Below are positions 3,117 to 5,445 of a stretch of DNA of 5,445 bases, one piece after another. Positions within the stretch are counted from its first letter, which is position 1, and every line of letters starts with the position of its first letter. The stretch lies in IMG/VR virus record IMGVR_UViG_3300022758_000011, positions 1 through 5,445 of that record. One strand, given 5' to 3'. A program made the translations under genes and the position numbers. The notes below the pieces were generated by a model. That model was not told the origin of the DNA, made no database searches, and saw only the letters and a program-made list of their open reading frames with translations. The stretch is from a virus.

Positions 3117-4765
3117 ACCGCAACAGTGAATACAACTTTGCACAGAATCCGCAGGTCGGAGTAAGCCGCAGCCGATTCCAACGCAACAGTGACAACAAAA
3201 CCACCTTTAATACCGGCGATCTCATCCCGATCTATCTGGATGAGGTGTTGCCGGGCGATACGCACCAAATCGACGTTGCCTGTGTCATGCGAATGGCGAC
3301 ACCCATCTTTCCTGTGATGGACAACGCCTTCTGCGACTTCTATTTCTTCTTCGTGCCTAACCGCTTGCTCTGGGAACATTGGAAGGAGTTCATGGGCGAG
3401 AACAAAGAAACCGCATGGACGCCCAAAACAGAATACAGCATACCGCAGGTGACGGCACCAAAAGGCGGATGGGCTGAGGGTACGCTAGCAGACTATCTGG
3501 GTCTGCCTACCAAAGTCGAGGGAATCAGCGTGAGCGCTCTGCCGGGCCGAGCCTATGGCCTTATCTACAACGAGTGGTTTCGAAACCAAAACGTCACACA
3601 GCCGACTCTCGTAGAGGTGACGGACGCGACCACGACCGGAAAAAACGACGGCAGTAATACCAACGACAGCGCAATCACGTTGGCAAAGCCTCTTAAGGCG
3701 GCAAAGGTGTTCGACTACTACACCGGGGCGCTGCCAGAACCTCAGAAAGGCGAGCCAATTACAATCCCGATAACGGGGAGCGCGCCAATCGGATTATATA
3801 ACGCCGCCACAGGAGACGTGACAACCAATTCAGCGAAGATGAAGGAAATCTTCGCTGATGCAGGGCTTGTCGCAACAAATGGGACATATCAAGCGAGTTA
3901 CTGGGATCCGGGTGACGGGCCAACAGCAAACCAAGGCTTAGCGGTGGGAAATACAACCGGCAGCATCTACAGGGGCGTAAGCCTCGGCGCAGACCTATCA
4001 AGCGTAAATGCAACAACCATCAACCAGCTGCGACAGGCATTCCAGATCCAGAAACTGTTGGAAAAAGACGCACGCGGCGGCACGAGATACCGCGAGGTAT
4101 TGCGTGAGCACTTTGGAGTTATCTCACCCGACAGCCGAATGCAAATTCCGGAGTATCTGGGCGGCTACAGACTGCCTATCAACGTGTCACAGGTTATCCA
4201 GACTTCTTCGACCGACAACACAAGCCCGCTGGGCAACACGGCGGCGCTGAGTGTGACCACGATGAACAAACCTATGTTTACCAAGTCCTTCACGGAACAC
4301 GGCTTTATCATGGGGCTCGCAGTTGTCCGTACTGACCAGACGTACCAGCAGGGCATCGACCGCATGTGGAGTCGTAAAGGCCGGTACGACTACTATTGGC
4401 CGGTACTGGCGAACATCGGTGAGCAAGCAATTCTAAACAAAGAGATCTATGCAGAAGGAAACCCAAATGACGACAAGGCATTTGGATACCAAGAAGCATG
4501 GGCCGATTACAGGTACAAGCCAAGCAAAGTAACGGGCCTGTTCAGGAGCAACGCAACGCAAAGCCTCGATGCATGGCACTATGCACAAGACTACAAATCC
4601 CTGCCATTCCTCGGAACGCAATGGATGGAGCAGGGCGACACCGAAATGAAGCGGACGTTAGCGGTGCAGAACCAGCCGGACTTTATCGCTGACTTCTACT
4701 TTATGAACAAAACAACGCGATGCATGCCGGTCTACAGTATTCCGGGACTTATCGACCATCATTAA
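3113..4765 (+). CDS. VP1: VP1 major capsid protein (F-like jelly-roll), 550 aa
   Basis: SD GAGGTG lies at 3102-3107. The N-terminal NPQVGVSRSRFQRNSDNKTTFNTGDLIPIYLDEVLPGDT closely mirrors the Chlamydia-phage/gokushovirus VP1 signature (KTTFDAGxLIPIxxDEVLPGDT). The size is typical. A variable Gly/Thr/Asn-rich insertion at about 3750-4010 sits where the gokushovirus three-fold protrusion loop lies. Confidence 0.97.
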   Translation: MNRNSEYNFAQNPQVGVSRSRFQRNSDNKTTFNTGDLIPIYLDEVLPGDTHQIDVACVMRMATPIFPVMDNAFCDFYFFFVPNRLLWEHWKEFMGENKETAWTPKTEYSIPQVTAPKGGWAEGTLADYLGLPTKVEGISVSALPGRAYGLIYNEWFRNQNVTQPTLVEVTDATTTGKNDGSNTNDSAITLAKPLKAAKVFDYYTGALPEPQKGEPITIPITGSAPIGLYNAATGDVTTNSAKMKEIFADAGLVATNGTYQASYWDPGDGPTANQGLAVGNTTGSIYRGVSLGADLSSVNATTINQLRQAFQIQKLLEKDARGGTRYREVLREHFGVISPDSRMQIPEYLGGYRLPINVSQVIQTSSTDNTSPLGNTAALSVTTMNKPMFTKSFTEHGFIMGLAVVRTDQTYQQGIDRMWSRKGRYDYYWPVLANIGEQAILNKEIYAEGNPNDDKAFGYQEAWADYRYKPSKVTGLFRSNATQSLDAWHYAQDYKSLPFLGTQWMEQGDTEMKRTLAVQNQPDFIADFYFMNKTTRCMPVYSIPGLIDHH

Positions 4766-4800
4766 AACCAGCAAAATGACCAAAAAACCATAACACAAAG

Positions 4801-4824
4801 GCAAGTTATTTGTCACTAACTTGC
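4801..4824 (+). repeat. Stem-loop downstream of VP1 (7-bp stem, 10-nt loop)
   Basis: GCAAGTT (4801-4807) pairs with AACTTGC (4818-4824). Confidence 0.5.
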
Positions 4825-4839
4825 TGCAGAAAGGAGGAC

Positions 4840-4863
4840 GCCGGGGCAAAACCCGGCTGTTTT
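4840..4863 (+). terminator. GC hairpin plus T-run after VP1: candidate leaky intrinsic terminator lying between the VP2 SD and the VP2 ATG
   Basis: GCCGGG (4840-4845) pairs with CCCGGC (4852-4857) around the loop GCAAAA and is followed by TGTTTT (4858-4863). AGGAGG (4832-4837) lies immediately 5' of the stem, and the VP2 ATG is at 4869. Confidence 0.55.
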
Positions 4864-4868
4864 AGTAT

Positions 4869-5445
4869 ATGTCAATTTTAGCAGCGTTAGCAACAGGCGC
4901 AAAATTACTGGGTGGCGTGAGCACACTCATAAACGCCGGAACGGGCATATTTAACGCGCTCAAAGGCACATCCGGCAGCGGAGCAACAAGCTCAAGCGGA
5001 TACCAGACAAGCCAAGGTGCAAGCGGGTCAACAATGACCGGTGAAAGTGGCGTAAATGTTGATCAAACGAAAGAACTCGCCAAATACTTTTTGGGGCAAA
5101 GCCAGCAAGCGCAGGGAATGCAGAGTCAGCAAAACGATAAGAACAGCCTCTTGGCTCTGGGCTTAAACACTCTGGGAGCTATCCAGCAGGGCGTTTATAA
5201 CCGTATCCAACAGGATGCAGCCATGTCTTATAACTCCGCAGAAGCGGCGGCTAACAGGGCATGGCAAGAACGTATGAGTAACACGAGCTACCAAAGAGCA
5301 ATGAACGATATGAAAAAAGCGGGTTTAAATCCAATACTCGCATATCAGCAAGGCGGAGCAAGCACACCGGGCGGAGCACAGGGCTCAATCGGGCAAAGCT
5401 CGATCAGTGCGCCAAGCGTCGGAACGCAGTCATCCAGTATGCCGA
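4869..5445 (+). CDS. VP2: VP2 DNA pilot / minor capsid protein, N-terminal part (open to the window end; continues at 1-354 on the circle)
   Basis: ATG 4869 is the first start after the in-frame TAG at 4863-4865. The N-terminus is hydrophobic ([28 protein letters not shown]). The block [26 protein letters not shown] is the conserved VP2 signature of gokushoviruses. There is no stop before the window end, which is why the ORF track misses it. Confidence 0.9.
   Translation, partial: MSILAALATGAKLLGGVSTLINAGTGIFNALKGTSGSGATSSSGYQTSQGASGSTMTGESGVNVDQTKELAKYFLGQSQQAQGMQSQQNDKNSLLALGLNTLGAIQQGVYNRIQQDAAMSYNSAEAAANRAWQERMSNTSYQRAMNDMKKAGLNPILAYQQGGASTPGGAQGSIGQSSISAPSVGTQSSSMP
5319..5445. repeat. 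Terminal direct repeat, copy 2 (identical to 1-127)
   Basis: Exact 127-nt identity with the window start. Confidence 0.95.

Noticed and set aside
2423-4849. Eleven minus-strand ORFs of 62-181 aa (1109-1303 and ten spanning 2423-4849: 2423-2773, 2598-3143, 3016-3225, 3023-3379, 3759-4016, 4165-4365, 4187-4426, 4308-4523, 4433-4621, 4658-4849)
   Set aside because: All lie antisense to well-supported + strand genes, mostly VP1, VP3 and VP4. They have Cys/Arg/Leu/Phe-skewed, low-complexity translations typical of antisense shadows, and I saw no SD for any. Microviridae are transcribed from one strand only.

Overview
The window is a complete, circularly permuted genome of a small ssDNA phage of the family Microviridae, Gokushovirinae-like. 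Bases 1-127 are identical to 5319-5445, so the unit genome is 5,318 nt and the window ends are a linearisation or assembly overlap, not biological termini. All credible genes lie on the + strand, with strong Shine-Dalgarno sites and overlapping stop/start codons. In order they are: VP2 pilot/minor capsid protein (4869 to the window end, continuing in frame at 1-354); VP4 HUH rolling-circle replication initiator (351-1373); a 612-nt non-coding region (1374-1985); a near-consensus extended -10 promoter (1925-1952); a Tyr-rich 68-aa ORFan (1986-2192); a possible 39-aa ORF (2174-2293); a 39-aa highly basic J/ORF8-like DNA-binding protein (2286-2405); a VP5-like 80-aa protein (2405-2647); VP3 internal scaffold (2640-3116); and VP1 major capsid (3113-4765). 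The unusual part is the non-coding region. Reading 5' to 3' it holds three stem-loops, two alternating purine-pyrimidine (CG/CA) tracts carrying a 14-nt direct repeat, an AT-rich palindrome, a (TAG)3-TGG-TAG run, a short GC spacer, and a same-orientation array of about 11 copies of TGTGGAAAA / (T)GTTGAAA(A/C/T). It ends with a long hairpin plus T-run just upstream of the promoter. TGTGGAAAA is the reverse complement of TTTTCCACA, which fits the relaxed DnaA-box consensus TTWTNCACA. The order AT-rich, TAG trinucleotides, GC, box matches the DnaA-box/DnaA-trio unwinding architecture of bacterial oriC. My main hypothesis (inference only) is that this microvirus carries an oriC-like DnaA-recruiting or DnaA-titrating module. 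Minus-strand and alternative-frame ORFs in the track look like non-coding shadows. The strong AGGAGG sites and the TGnTATAAT promoter hint at a Firmicutes-type host, again inference only.
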